This document shows positions 1-13,284 of a DNA stretch of 64,000 bases, in pieces. The notes beneath the pieces are model-generated. The model was not told where the DNA came from, made no database searches, and saw only the letters and a list, made by a program, of their open reading frames with translations. The DNA is taken from NCBI RefSeq assembly GCF_006345805.1, contig NC_043021.1:8060001-8124000 (forward strand), given 5' to 3'. Positions within the stretch are counted from its first letter, which is position 1, and each line of letters begins with the position of its first letter. Origin of the DNA: Octopus sinensis. Lineage: Eukaryota. The position numbers and the translations under genes are program-made.

Positions 1-1
1 A

Positions 2-688
2 TCTGTCTCCACACCTGTGTTGTCCTCATTGTCATCTGGTACCGGATCAACATCAAATACTGAGACAAATGAAAATCACAAGGTGAAATCTGAAGATAAA
101 ATTGTCTCGCCAGTCATACCTCAGCTTTCACCTAAAAACCGGAAAAGGCGTTTAGCTAGTTTCTCAGAAAGCCGGACAGTAGACTCCAATTTGCCAGCTT
201 CCAAAAACCTTAGTCGAGCTGAGAGCTGTCCCAATGATATTCCAAAGCCTACCATCACCCGTAAAAATCGAAGACGTCAGAGCCATCGAGGGGGCAAGGG
301 AGGGAACAGTGCCAACTCAAAATCCTCTCGATTCATCTACGGTAATTACAATCGCTACTACGGTTATCGCAACACCGATGACATTGACCATCGTACCAAC
401 TGCTTCAAAAGCGAATGGTTTGAAGGCAAGAAAATATTGGATATCGGCTGTAATGTTGGGCATCTGACTTTATTTGTGGCCCGTGAGTTCAAACCCCAGA
501 TGATTGTAGGACTTGATATTGACAGTAAACTGATCTCTGCTGCTCGGAACAACATACGGCATTACATGAGTAAAAACGACCAAAACAAGTTCCCGGCATC
601 TTGTAAGCTGAGTTATGGTCCTTTAGCTGCACCCTTCCAAGAAGAATCACAGCAAAGAAACTTTCCGCAAAATGTCAGTTTTAGACAG
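2..688 (+). CDS. MEPCE: MEPCE/Bin3 7SK snRNA methylphosphate capping enzyme, first visible coding exon (5' truncated by window edge)
   Basis: Frame is open from position 2. It encodes RFIYGNYNRYYGYRN, WFEGKKILDIGCNVGHLT (SAM-binding motif I) and IVGLDIDSKLISAARNN, typical of Bin3/MEPCE. It ends ...FPQNVSFRQ at a CAG|GTAAGT donor (GT at 689-690), phase 0. Confidence 0.95.
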
Positions 689-784
689 GTAAGTTCACCA
701 TTTTTCTTAAACTTCACTTTTTGTGTGCAAAACAAAGAAGATGTTCTTATTTGTTGTTATAAACAAGTGACAGAAACTCTAGAC

Positions 785-1183
785 CAGTGATTCTCAACCA
801 GGGTCCATCTGGCCGTTGGGGGTTCCATACAAGGTTTAGTTGTTAAAGTTTATGTGCAATAAATTTATTATACTTCTACAATACACAAAGTATTTAAATT
901 TGTTTACGTAATTCCTTTAGCTAGTTAGTTAGTTAATTTTTGGCTCAAAAAGCAAGGCCATGTAGGGGGACATGGAGTTATGTACAGGGTGGTGTTCATG
1001 TAAAGAGTTCAGGCCACTTGCGGTCAAGGGAGACTTTGAACCGAGCGGTCCCTAATGGTATTTGACTATTAAAATACAGTAAGATTTTTTTTTTTTTTTT
1101 TATAATATATACATTAAGTGGCTATGGAGGTCGGGTGAAGAAGGAATCAAAGGTGTTCACAGGCAAATGGTTGATAACCACTG
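785..1183. mobile_element. hAT (Charlie-like) MITE
   Basis: TIRs CAGTGATTCTCAACC / GGTTGATAACCACTG; degenerate 8-bp TSD ctctagac/ctctaaaa (NTCTAGAN-type target). Confidence 0.7.
918..1051 (-). mobile_element. short 3' tail of the same CR1 family, nested in a hAT MITE
   Basis: Reverse complement matches 60150-60280 (caagtggcctgaactctttacatgaacaccaccctgta...ttttgagccaaa..ttaactaactaact). Confidence 0.8.
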
Positions 1184-1230
1184 CTCTAAAATCTTCAGGC
1201 AAAAATATTTTGCAGTATTTAATTATGTCT

Positions 1231-1603
1231 TTACTCTTTTACTTATTTCAGTCATTTGATTGTGGCCATGCTGGAGCACCGCCTTTAGTCAAGCAAATCG
1301 ACCCTGGGACTTATTCTTTGGAAGCCTAGTACTTATTCCATTGGTGTCTTTTGCCGAACTGCTAAGTTACGGGGACATAAACACACCAGCATCGGTTGTC
1401 GAGCGATGTTGGGGGGGACAAACACAGACACACATATGTATGACAGGCTTCTTTCAGTTTCCATCTACCAAATCCACTCACAAGGCTTTGGTCAGCCCGA
1501 GGCTACAGTAGAAGACACTTGCTCAAGGTGCCACGCAGTGGGACTGAACCCGGAACCATGTGGTTCATAAATAAGCTACTTACCACACAGCCACTCCTGC
1601 GCC
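1231..1603 (-). mobile_element. SINE family A (tRNA head, CORE-like centre, internal (TA/TG)n, (GTAAAAGA)n tail)
   Basis: A box TGGCTGTGTGG, B box GGTTCAGTCC, centre GGCACCTTGGGCAAGTGTC. At least 25 homologous copies in the window; possibly one of the octopus OR/OK families (unverified). Confidence 0.88.
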
Positions 1604-3188
1604 TTAAAATTTTCTTAAAATTCTCACGGTTGACGTTTTATTACTTCCAGCTTGGCCAAAATATGTACTTGCTGTTGTTTAGCCCTAAGTCAGCTCTGAC
1701 TGAATAAACCAATGATCAAATGCACTCCAGCCATGACCTTAGGATCACTATATCCAATGTATCTTTCCTTTTTTTAAGTGTGACTTGAGGGAGATTTGGT
1801 TACTACTGCTTACATGTTAGCTTGCAACAACTACCAGTGATATACTTCTGGTTGCTTCAATTATGCTCCTCCAAAATTTGAGTCGTGTGATTAAGAAATC
1901 CTAATTATTGAACCGGTAAATTGCAGGATTAAATATATCCCTGTGTAACACAATTTTTGTCCTTGGTTAGCAACTGTTATTTCTTTCCCCTAGAAAGTAT
2001 GAAAAATGGCTAATATTTCTTTTAAACTTTGCTTTTCCTACATTTATTCAAAGACTCCTTCTCAGCACAAGGCTAATATGTTCCACCACTACTCATCAGA
2101 GATACATGTATTTTTCAGCTAAGGGCACCATTCGAGCGTGATTGTTACCAACGTCGCCTTACTGGCACCTGTGCTGGTGGCATGTGCAAAAGGATTCGAG
2201 TGAGGTCATTGCCAGTGCCAGTGGCACGTAAAGAGCACCCACTACACTCTTGGAGTGGTTGGCGTTAGGAAGGGCATCCAGCTGTAGAAACTCTGCCAAA
2301 TCAAAATTGGAGCTTGGTGCAACTATCTGGTTTGCCAGCCCTCAGTCAAAATCGTCCAAGCCATGCTAGCATGGAAAGCAGACGTTAAACGATGATGATA
2401 ATAATGACTAAGGGACATGCTCAAGTGGTTATGGTCAAGCAACTGACAAGAAAATCTATGTTATTGAGCAGAATATTTGCCATAACTATATTTCACTTCA
2501 TCATCTCTGCTGAATCTGTCTTGAAATCTAATGGAAAATAGGTCAGTTTCAAAACATTGATATCCAGGTCACAAAAGCAAAGTTTGAAGGGAATAGTAGT
2601 CATTTCCTTTGATTTCTAGATAGAGAGATAGAAGCAAATATCAAAGACAAAAAAAGAAAACAAAGTTTTGTTACACAGTGTAATTAGTTCTTTTTGCATT
2701 CAGAGTTCAAGTGCAACCTTTGTCTACTAAACCTTTCATTCCTCCCAGGTCAATAAAATACCTGCTTGTCAGGCATTAGGGTTGATTATATCGACTGCGT
2801 CCCTCCCTTCAGAATATGTGGCTTTTACCTCTGTTTTTCTCTAAGCTCAATGACTTACGAGCTGTGTCAATGATTCTCTAACGAGCACAAATGAAAACTT
2901 ATTTCTTATGTAGAGCAAGTTTGCATGTTGGAACCCGTCTAGCCATCCCTCTTCAAGATATAAAACCAATATCCATGAACCATTTTAGGTTCCCTCCAAA
3001 ATGGTAGAATTTATTTATCCTTGGATCAGAGACCTGACCTGAATGCTTGAAACGGTGTGCTCCACTAAAAGGTGTGCCTAAGAGCTGTGTGGTAATGTTA
3101 AACCAGGGGACATATTGAGCCTCTTACCCAACAACAAGAAGTATCCCTTTGGGATTCCACACAGTTTCTGTCTTTACCAATTTAGACT

Positions 3189-4439
3189 GGCAGAATTCTG
3201 CTTTAAGCATACCATATAACCTCCCCTAATTTTTTTATTTTTAGGAATTTTCAAAGAAATTTTGCGAATTTGTGTTCTACACATGGAAAATCATGTGATT
3301 ATGCAAAAACCAAAAAAGAAAAAAAAATTTTTTGGTTTGTGATTTAAGGGCTACTTAGCTGTTATTTTTAGCAAATCTCATGAGCACTTGATACCCTCCT
3401 TATTTCTTATTTTTTTACTGCCCACAAGGGGCTACACACATGGGACAAACAAGGACAAATGGATTAAATTGTTTATATCGACTCCCAGTGCGTAACTGGT
3501 AGTTATTTAATTGACCCCGAAAGGATGAAAGGCAGAGTCGACCTCGGTGGAATTTGAACTCAGAATGTAGTGGTAGACGAAATACCTATTTCTTTATTAC
3601 CCACAAAGGGCTAAATATAGAAGGGACAATCAAGGACAGACATAGGTATTAAGTCAATTACATCGACCCCAGTGCGTAACTGGTACTTATTTAATCGACT
3701 CCGAAAGGATGAAAGGCAAAGTTGACCTCGGTGGAATTTGAACTCCGAACATAGCTGCAGACGAAATACCGCTAAGCATTTCGCCTGGCAAGCTAACATT
3801 TCTACCAGCTCGCCGCCTTATTTCTTTGTCACTCTGACATGTATTGTTTTTCAATATCTTTCTTCCCATAAACACATTTAATAGTCTATTGCCGGGATTT
3901 AAGTAAAAAGTCTGGACTCTGTATTTTAAATTCTGATTAAAAAAAAAACATTTTTTTTTTTTAATTTGAAAATTAAGGGCTACTTAGCTGTTATTTTTAG
4001 CAAATCTCATAACCACCTGATACCCTCCTTATTTCTTTTTTCTTTACTACCCACAAGAGGTTACACACAGAGGGGACAAACAGATTAAGTTGTTTATATC
4101 GACATTTACCTTTCATCCTTTCGGGGTCAATTAAATAAGTACCAGTTACGCACTAGGGTCGATATAATTGACTTAATCTGCTTGTCTGTCCTCTCTGTGT
4201 TTAGCCCCTTGTGGGTAGTAAAGAAATAGGTATTTCGTCTGCCGCTATGTTCTGAGTTCAAATTCCGCCGAGGTCGACTTTGCCTTTCATCCTTTCAGGG
4301 TCCATTAAATAAGTACCAGTTACGCGGTGGGGGGGGGGGGGTCGATATAAACAACTTATATATACAAAAATTTTCTGAAAATTCCAAAAAATAAGAAGTC
4401 ACAAGGGGTTGTATGGTGTGCTTGAAACAGAATTCCACC
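3189..4439. mobile_element. non-autonomous DNA transposon with ~70-bp TIRs, GG termini and 8-bp TSD; nested SINE B copies
   Basis: Ends GGCAGAATTCTG...CAGAATTCCACC; perfect TSD TTTAGACT at 3181-3188 and 4440-4447. Confidence 0.8.
3409..3817 (-). mobile_element. SINE family B, dimeric form
   Basis: tRNA head GGCGGCGAGCTGG..GAGTTCAAATTCC, body GTCGACTTTGCCTTTCATCCTTTCGGGGTCGAT present twice; TSD ttatttctt (3400-3408 / 3818-3826). Confidence 0.85.
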
Positions 4440-4974
4440 TTTAGACTTTCAAATTTGATTGGGCCAAGACTTTGATAGACTAAATCCTATTGACCTAGCT
4501 ATTGACAGTTTCAAGTTATTGGGTAAAATTTTTTTAAAAAATGAGTGGGTGATTTATATCTTGGGTTTCCCTCCTCTTTGTATTTTGATTTTTTTAAAGA
4601 TTTCTGATCAGTTTCTGTTTTGCATATGTTGTTTTGTCTTTTTCTTTCTTTCTTTCTTTCTTTTTTTTTTTATCAACCAGTTTGACTAGTGGAAATAAAG
4701 ATTATGTACCTATATATTTGTGTCAGAATGTAACAAACAAACAAAAAAAAACAAAACAGAAAACCACTTACAATGTTTATTAGTTGTTGTTATTCAGCCC
4801 CTGAAATCAAATTGTCTTGAAGTGGGCAATTTGTAGCTTTCTTTTGAGTTGGATTACTGGAATTAACTTTGATCCCTCTGTCCAGCTGGTGGCATAACAA
4901 ACAAGGAAAAAGAAAACAATCCACAGTGTTTATTAGTTGTGTTATTTAGAACCTGAGCAGACCCTATGATCAAT

Positions 4975-5364
4975 GGCACTCCGTCATGACTATCCTGTTT
5001 TATTTAAGAGAACCATCCAAACGTGGCCGTTGCCAGTACCACCCCGACTGGCCTCCGTGCCGGTGGCACATAAAAAGCACCATCCGATTGTGGCCGTTGC
5101 CAGCCTCAGATGGCCACCGTGCTGGTGGCACGTAAAAAGCACCATCCAATCATGGCCGTTTGCCAGCCTCGTCTGGCACCTGTGCAGGTGGCACATAAAA
5201 AGCACCCACTATACTCATGGAGTGGTTGGCGTTAGGAAGGGCATCCAGCTGTAGAAACACTGCCAGATCAGACTGGGCCTGGCGCAGCCTTCTAGCTTCC
5301 CAGACCCCAGTTGAACCGTCCAACCCATGCTAGCATGGAAAATGGACGTTAAACGATGATGATG
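4975..5364 (+). mobile_element. retroposon family C ((GAT)n tail, internal ~55-60-bp repeats, 5' truncated)
   Basis: Conserved ggagtggttggcgttaggaagggcatccagctgtagaaac...ccatgctagcatggaaa..ggacgttaaacgatgatgatg. No tRNA head seen. Other + copies near 2124-2400, 6720-7065, 39540-39716, 40045-40415 and 49000-49225. Confidence 0.8.
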
Positions 5365-5499
5365 AAGGATTACGATACCCAATGTGTTCTTTTTTTTCAT
5401 TATTTTGTTTTAAGATGGTTGCATGTGATTTGAGTGACTTTCATGTTGAGTAAGTTTGGAGAACTTCTTGTTCCATGGGTAAAATTTAACTTTTAACCT

Positions 5500-5954
5500 T
5501 CAGATTACTCTTTCAGAATCTAGTGCTTATTTATTCATATTGTTTTGAATCATTCATGCATTATCTTGAAATTTTGGAGATTACAATGATGTGATTGCTT
5601 ATTTTTAGAATGACATTGTAGAGTAGGTGTGAAAGGCCAGATCCAGCTAATTTGAACATAAAACCGGTAGAATATTTGAGCTAGATATGGACAGTTTATT
5701 GAAGGTGGAGAGCTGGCGGAATGATTAGCACGCCGGGCGAAATGCTTAGTGGTATTTCGTCTGAGTTCAAATTCCGCCGAGGTTGACTTTGCCTTTCATC
5801 CTTTCGGGGTCAATAAATTAAGTACCAGTTACGCACTGAGGTCGATGTAATCAACTTAATCCCTTTGTCTGTCCTTGTTTGTCCCCTCTATGTTTAGCCC
5901 CTTGTGGGCAATAAAGAAATAAGATATGGACAGTTTAAATGCTTAAAGGGTTAA
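5500..5954 (-). mobile_element. second TTAA/CCCTT-ended MITE family (F) with nested SINE B
   Basis: Ends AAAGGG-TTAA at 5945-5954. Homologous pieces at about 12380-12575, 32490-32830, 35605-36200, 51162-51388 and 61176-61247. Confidence 0.6.
5699..5921 (+). mobile_element. SINE B monomer
   Basis: 16-bp TSD agatatggacagttta (5683-5698 / 5922-5937). Confidence 0.92.
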
Positions 5955-7890
5955 CCCATGCTGAAATTTGATACTGTCCATTGGAGAAGTTTCTGAAAAT
6001 CCACATTTATTAAAAATTCAATTTTCTCAGTGCTGGTCCACTCATCCCCTGTACACATACATTGTTACATACTAGCACTTTGGCCCCAAAAAGGGATCAC
6101 CACCATTGACATAGAAGCACCCTTATTGGCTTGTGTTTAAAAATATGCCCTCAGCTGCTGTAAGTTTTGTGAAACATATAAAGTTATTACTACTAGTAGC
6201 TTCAGTGAAAAGGAACAGTGGAATTGGCTTCAACCATTGTGTTTAGCCTGTAGATTCTACTCAAAGACAAATGGTTTTCTCTGCTGTATCAGATAATGAA
6301 GGACTTTGACAGTTGCCATGACGCTGTACTAGAAAGGACCCCTCCAGCCTGTGTTAGTATAGGAAAATGGTTGTAATGGAGCATTGAGTGTTCACTACTT
6401 ATTTTATTTCCACGCTTATACTTCTGAGATCAAATTGTTTTGAGGTGGGTGTTTGTAACTTTTTTTTTTTTAACTGGCTTACTGGAACCAACTTTGATCC
6501 TTTAGTACAGCTGGTGCCATAATAAATGACCCCTGTTTATACTGTAAAGTAGTGGGCAACAGGAAGGGCATTCAGCCATTAAAAAAAAAAATCCCTAAAA
6601 ATTAAACATTAATGGTTGATCTCAAAACGCTAAGCTTTACAAAGGAGATGACAGAGGACCGAAATATGTGGTGCACTGTTGTACTTAAGAAGACTTGCCC
6701 ACCACAATAGAATTGAGATCCTAAAGCCAAGGTGCCACATAAAGAGCACTGATATTGGTGCTGGTGCCACATAAAAGGCACCCAGTACAATTTGTAAAGT
6801 GGTTGGCATTTGGAAGGGCATCCAACCATAGAAACCAAGCCACAGCAGATTATGGCAGCTGGTGTGGCCTTGTCATTTCCTGCCAGGCTATGGCACCCAG
6901 TACAATTTGTAAAGTGGTTGGCATTTGGAAGGGCATCCAGCCATAGAAACCAAGCCAAAGCAGATTATGGCAGCTGGTGTGGCCCCTGGCCTTGTCATTT
7001 CCTACCAGACTGTCCAACCCATGCCAGCATGGAAAATGGACATTAAATGTTGGTGATGGTGATAATGAAGGACTGTAACCAGTGGTGAGAGAATGTACTG
7101 GAAATTACTAAGTCCAACCTGTGCCAACACAGGAGAATTATTGGGAACGGTAGCGACGATGATATTACATACAGACTCTGGTTTTTAGTGGTGGAGGGCG
7201 GAAAAAAAATTAAAAACCCAAGAAGCCCTCAATTATTTCAGGTGAAAGAAGTTCTGTGTCCCTGTAGTTTGTGGAGCGTGAGAGTCTTTTGACTAGTGTA
7301 ATGAGTAGTATGGGTGGCTGGCTTAATGCATGAATAACACCGAAATAAAAGATCTGCTGCTTTTTCAGTATTTTCATATTTCATATTTTTACTTTTGTTT
7401 TGCAAATTTCACAAAAAAAACAAACTATTTGTACAAGTATGTTGTTTTATTGTTGGCAAATACACTTTTTATGGATTAGTAATTTCCCAGAAAACAGTAA
7501 CGATTCTCGTTGTCCTTCTTTAGTTTAATTTGGATCACTTTCAGACAGGAAGTTTTTTATGTTAGGAAGGGCATCCAGCCATAGAATTCATGCCACAACA
7601 GACAATAGGAGTCTGGTCAGCTCCATGTCAAACTGTCCAACCCATGCCAGCATGAGAACGGATGTTATGATAAGGATGGCCTCGGGCAGGTTGCTGTCAA
7701 GGGTTAGATTGGCTCTAACCTGATGACACTTGCTGACAGCTGTTGGAAATAGAGATTTTCTGGCAGAGCAGGTTTAGCATTGCCAGGTAAATGTTCATAC
7801 AAGTACAACCATTAATAAGGCTGTGGTCACCTGTTCTGCACCTTTTACTTCTCAACCATTGTGCCTGTCATATTTAGGTCATCAATGTCA

Positions 7891-8294
7891 GCGCAGGAGT
7901 GGCTGTGTGGTAAGTAGCTTGCTAACCAACCACATGGTTCTGGGTTCAGTCCCACTGCGTGGCACATTGGGCAAGTGTCTTCTACTATAGCCTCGGGCCG
8001 ACCAATGCCTTGTGAGTGGATTTGGTAGACGGAAACTGAAAGAAGCCTGTCGTATATATGTATATATATGTGTGTGTGTGTATGTTTGTGCGTCTATGTT
8101 TGTCCCCCTAGCATTGCTTGACAACCGATGCTGGTGTGTTTACGTCCCCGTCACTTAGCGGTTTGGCAAAAGAGACCGATAGAATAAGTACTGGGCTTAC
8201 AAAGAATAAGTCCCGGGGTAGATTTGCTCGATTAAAAGCGGTGCTCCGGCATGGCCGCAGTCAAATGACTGAAACAAGTAAAAGAGTAAAGAGT
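7891..8294 (+). mobile_element. SINE A
   Basis: Full-length copy from gcgcaggagtggctgtgtgg to the gtaaaagagtaaagag tail. Confidence 0.9.
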
Positions 8295-8479
8295 AATGTA
8301 ATGGTGAAATTAAAACTGAATTGTCGAATTTGTGACTCTGGGGGAGAATTTTGCTCTTGGATATGGATTGCCATTTGTATCGTATGGCACAGTCTTGCAG
8401 TCAATGACGACCCTACATCTGTGCGTGTGGCTGACTTGAATCCTAGGACTGACCCCCCCCCCCACGGGGGGGTCAGTTA

Positions 8480-8695
8480 ACCAGTTTCCATGGCATGTAA
8501 AGTGACCAAGATCACAATATTTTTACCCGGATGTGATGTTGGTCCATTGCGCGGTTACTCATTTGCAGCTGACTGAGCTGGAGCAATGGGAAATGAAGTA
8601 CCTTGCTCAAGAACACAATGCACTGTCTGGTCAGGGAGTTGAAACCACAATCTAACGATCACGATTATAACGCCCAAACCACTCGGTCACATTCC
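8480..8695 (-). mobile_element. old tRNA-headed SINE sharing the 3' module of 13642-13943
   Basis: Minus strand: tRNA-like head, tgtgttcttgagcaaggtacttc centre, caatggaccaacatcacatcc...atgccatggaaactgg tail. Confidence 0.6.
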
Positions 8696-9301
8696 TTCAG
8701 CAGGCGTAGACTTGACCACATCTGTAACCTCTTCAAAATCTTTCTTTAATTCTCTCTGAAGCTCCATTTTCCTGTTACTGGTGTTGGCTCAGAACCATTG
8801 TATATTAGTTAATGGCTCAATGTTCGTTAAATAATTTAAATACACGTGTTTGTGTATATAGATGTGTCATTGGAATTCACATTTTCATTACACAGATTTA
8901 AATGGAAGACATTAAAATTAAGAGTAATTAGCGATGGCTGTGAGGTGAATAAACTTTGTAATCAAGTGGTTTTGGATTCAGTTCCACTGCATGGCACCAA
9001 ATGTCTTCTACTATGGCACCAAGCTGAACAATGCCTTGTGAATGAATTTGGTAGGTGGAAGCGTGTTAAGTATGTAGGCGTTTGTGTTTGTTCACCGCCA
9101 CAATTTAACTAGTATAGGTTTGTTTACATCCCGGTGACTTAGCAGTTTGGCAAATGAGACTGATAGAATAAGTACCAGAGTTAAAATATAAGAATTGGAG
9201 CCCATTTTTGCAACCAATTTCCTCAAGGCAGTGCTCCAGCATAGCCACTGTCCAATGTTTGAAACAGGCAAAAAATATAACGAAATGGTTAAAAAGTGGA
9301 A

Positions 9302-9500
9302 TTACTCTTTTTTCTTGTTTCAGTCATTTGACTGCAGCCATGCTGGAGCACCGCCTTTAATCGAGCAACTCGACCACGGGACTTATTCTATTGTAAGCCC
9401 AGTACTTATTCTATCGGTCTCTTTTGCCGAACCGCTAAGTGACGGGGACATAAACACACCAGCATCGGTTGTCAAGCAATGCTATGGGGGACAAACACAG

Positions 9501-9581
<81 letters not shown>

Positions 9582-10375
9582 TACGACGGGCTTCTTTCAG
9601 TTTCCGTCTACCAAATCCACTCACAAGGCTTTGGTTGGCCCGAGGCTATAGTAGAAGACACTTGCCCAAGGTGCCACGCAGTGTGACTGAACCCGGAACC
9701 ATGTGGTTGGTAAACAAGCTACTTACCACACTTTGAAAATATAATTTTCTTAGAATCCTAGATGCTTTACTTTTACTTGTTTCAGTCATTTGACTGTAGC
9801 CATGCTGGAGCACTGTTTTGAAGAACTTTTAGTTGAATGAATTGGCCCCCAACACTTTTTTTTTAAAGCCTCATACTTATTTTATCTGTCACTTTTGCCA
9901 AAACAATAAGTTACACGAATGTAAACAAACTAACACCGGTTGTCAAATGGTGGTAGAAGGACACACACACACACACACACATATATGTATATCAAGCTTC
10001 TTTCAGTTTCCGTCTACCAAATCTACTCATAAGGCTTCGGTTGGCCTGAGGCTATAGAAGACGCTTTTCCAAACTACCAGGCAGTAGGACTGATCCCTTA
10101 ACCATGTGGTTGGGATGCAAGCTTCTTACCACACAGCCATGCCTGCTTGATCTCTTTATCTCTTTTACTTGTTTCAGTCATTTTGACTGCGGCCATGCTG
10201 GAGCACCGCCTTTAATCGAGCAACTCGACCCCGGGTTTTATTCTTTGTAAGCCCAGTACTTATTCTATCGGTCTCTTTTGCCGAACCGCTAAGTGACGGG
10301 GACATAAACACACCAGCATCCGTTGTCAAGCAATGCTAGGGGGACAAACACAGACACACAAACATACACGCACAC

Positions 10376-10418
<43 letters not shown>

Positions 10419-10789
10419 TACGACGGGCTTCTTTCAGTTTCCGTCTACCAAATCCACTCACAAGGCTTTGGTCGGTCCAAGGCTATAGAAGACACTTGCC
10501 CAAGGTGCCACGCAGTGGGACTGAACCTGGAACCATGTGGTTGGTAAACAAGCTACTTACCACACTTTGAAAATATAATTTTCTTAGAATCCTAGATGCT
10601 TTACTTTTACTTGTTTCAGTCACTTGACTGTAGCCATGCTGGAGCACTGTTTTGAAGAACTTTTAGTTGAATGAATTGGCCCCCAACACTTTTTTTTTAA
10701 AGCCTCATACTTATTTTATCTGTCACTTTTGCCAAAACAATAAGTTACACGAATGTAAACAAACTAACACCAATTGTCAAATGGTGGTA

Positions 10790-10833
<44 letters not shown>

Positions 10834-11201
10834 TATATGTATATCAGGCTTCTTTCGGTTGGCCTGAGGCTGTAGAAGACACTTTTCCAAGCTACCAGGC
10901 AGTAGGACTGATCCCTTAACCATGTGGTTGGGATGCAAGCTTCTTACGACACAGCCATGCCTGCTTGATCTCTTTATCTCTTTTACTTGTTTCAGTCATT
11001 TGACTGCGGCCATGCTGGAGCACCGCCTTTAATCGAGCAACTCGATCCCGGGACTTATTCTTTTGTAAGCCCAGTACTTATTCTATCCGTCTCTTTTGCC
11101 GAACTGCTAAGTGACGGGGACATAAACACACCAGCATCGGTTGTCAAGCAATGCTAGGGGGACAAACACAGACACACAAACATACACACACACACACACA
11201 C

Positions 11202-11269
<68 letters not shown>

Positions 11270-11526
11270 TTTGGCAGGGCTGGCCTGCTAGGTAGCCGGC
11301 CAGAATGCTAGAAGAAGATCATCAACGATCAAACTACAAGGGAAATTCTCTAGAATTTGAAGTTTGATCGTTGATGATCTTCTTCTAGCATTCTGGCCGG
11401 CTACCTAGCAGGCCAGCCCTGCCAATATACACATATATTTGAATTTTCTCTGACTCCTCAGATTTTTTGAATGCTGGACTACTGGTTTTAAATTGATATT
11501 AAAATTAATATTAATTTATCTCCCTC

Positions 11527-11599
<73 letters not shown>

Positions 11600-12363
11600 T
11601 ATGACGGGCTTCTTTCAGTTTCCGTCTACCAAATCCACTCACAAGGCTTTGGTCGGCCCGAGGCTATAGTAGAAGACACTTGCCCTTTTTTGCTTCTTTT
11701 TTTCAATTGGTAATTATTTATCTGAATATCATGCCTTCATTACCACATAACGACAAAAGCCATAAAACAACAATTTACAATATTTATTTGTTGTTCATTA
11801 TATATATATATCTAGTCCATATGTGTGACAATGCTGGATGTATTTCTCTCCGCCTAGTACACTGTTTCCTAACCTATTTTCCCCCAGACCCCATTATAAC
11901 TTTCCAGGAAAATGGAAAGTCATTTCCTGTAAGCGAATAGAGAAGCTTCTGTGCGTGTATACTCTTTTACTCTTTTACTTGTTTCAGTCATTTGACTGCG
12001 GCCATGCTGGAGCACCGCCTTTAGTCGAGCAAATCGACCCCGGGACTTATTCTTTTTGTAAGCCCAGTACTTATTCTATCGGTCTCTTTTGCCGAACTGC
12101 TAAGTGACGGGGACGTAAACACACCAGCATCGGTTGTCAAGCAATGCTAGGGGGACAAACACAAACACACACACACACATATATATATATATACATATAT
12201 ACGACGGGCTTCTTTCAGTTTCCGTCTACCAAATCCACTCACAAGGCATTGGTTGGCCCGGGGCTATAGCAGAAGACACTTGCCCAAGATGCCATGCAGT
12301 GGGACTGAACCCGGAACATGTGGTTGGTTAGCAAGCTACTTACCACACAGCCACTCCTGCGCC
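9302..12363 (-). mobile_element. cluster of six SINE A copies (~9302-9730, 9770-10145, 10160-10564, 10605-10963, 10975-11684, 11961-12363)
   Basis: Repeated tactcttttacttgtttcagtcatttgactgcggcc...ctacttaccacac units; part is a tandem duplication. Confidence 0.9.
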
Positions 12364-13284
12364 TATATATACACTTTACACTTTTATTTATTCACATTGT
12401 TTTGAATTAATCATGAATTATCTTGTAGCTTTGAGATTTCAATGGTGTGTTCATATATTTTTAGAATGACCTTGTAGGGTAGGTGAGAGAGGTTGGATTT
12501 GGTCAGTTTTAACATAAAACAGGTAGAATATTTGGGCCAGATATGGCTGGATTAAATGCTAATGAATTAATCAATATTTGATCAAAAATCACTTTATGTA
12601 ACTTGATGATGTTGATAAAGCTAGGGGCTTTTGGTTTCATCCCCAAATACTTACTAGAAATTCAAAATTAAATTGCATTAATAATTACAATAATAAACCA
12701 ACAAAATGCCTGTAAATGAAATCATTACAGGTGACATTCAATCTCCACTCTGACGAGTTAAATGAAATGAGTAATTAATAGACTTTCCGTCAATTATGTG
12801 GGGAAATGTAATTAGTTAATGAAAGCTTTTCATGGATTTAATTTTCTAAATTATAACTTTTGTGACATTTATTGAAAGAATTTCTTTCAAATACTTCATG
12901 TAAATTAGAGGAAAATCATGGAAAATGTCAGAAATTATAATTACCAAGAAATAACTTCAGAGGAATATTATTATAATAGCCATCATTTTCTGACAGCATT
13001 AAGTACTCCCCTTTTATTAAAAATGCCAGTTTCTGTTTTTAACAAGAGCTGACAGTGGGACTAAGTTGTCATTGCTCATGTTCAGTTTAGAGTTTCTGCA
13101 GCCCAAACCATAACCAGTCACATGGTTAAATAAAAAAAAAAATTTTTAATGGTTAAATAAAAAAAAAACACAAAAGCAAAAATTATGTAAGCCCTCTTAC
13201 CTTGGTTTAATGATCTGACATTTATTTTGTGCAGTGATTTTTCATGTTTACTTTACAGTGGTGGTGGTGGTACTTAACCCCAGG

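Noticed and set aside
689-790. C-terminal 33 aa of the 257-aa ORF (VSSPFF...TLDQ)
   Set aside because: Read-through into intron 1 past a canonical CAG|GTAAGT donor; the Bin3 homology resumes at 38384.
8448-8477. ACTGA-C7/G7-TCAGT hairpin
   Set aside because: Short, homopolymer-based, at the tail of an old SINE; not followed by a U-tract and irrelevant as a bacterial-type terminator.
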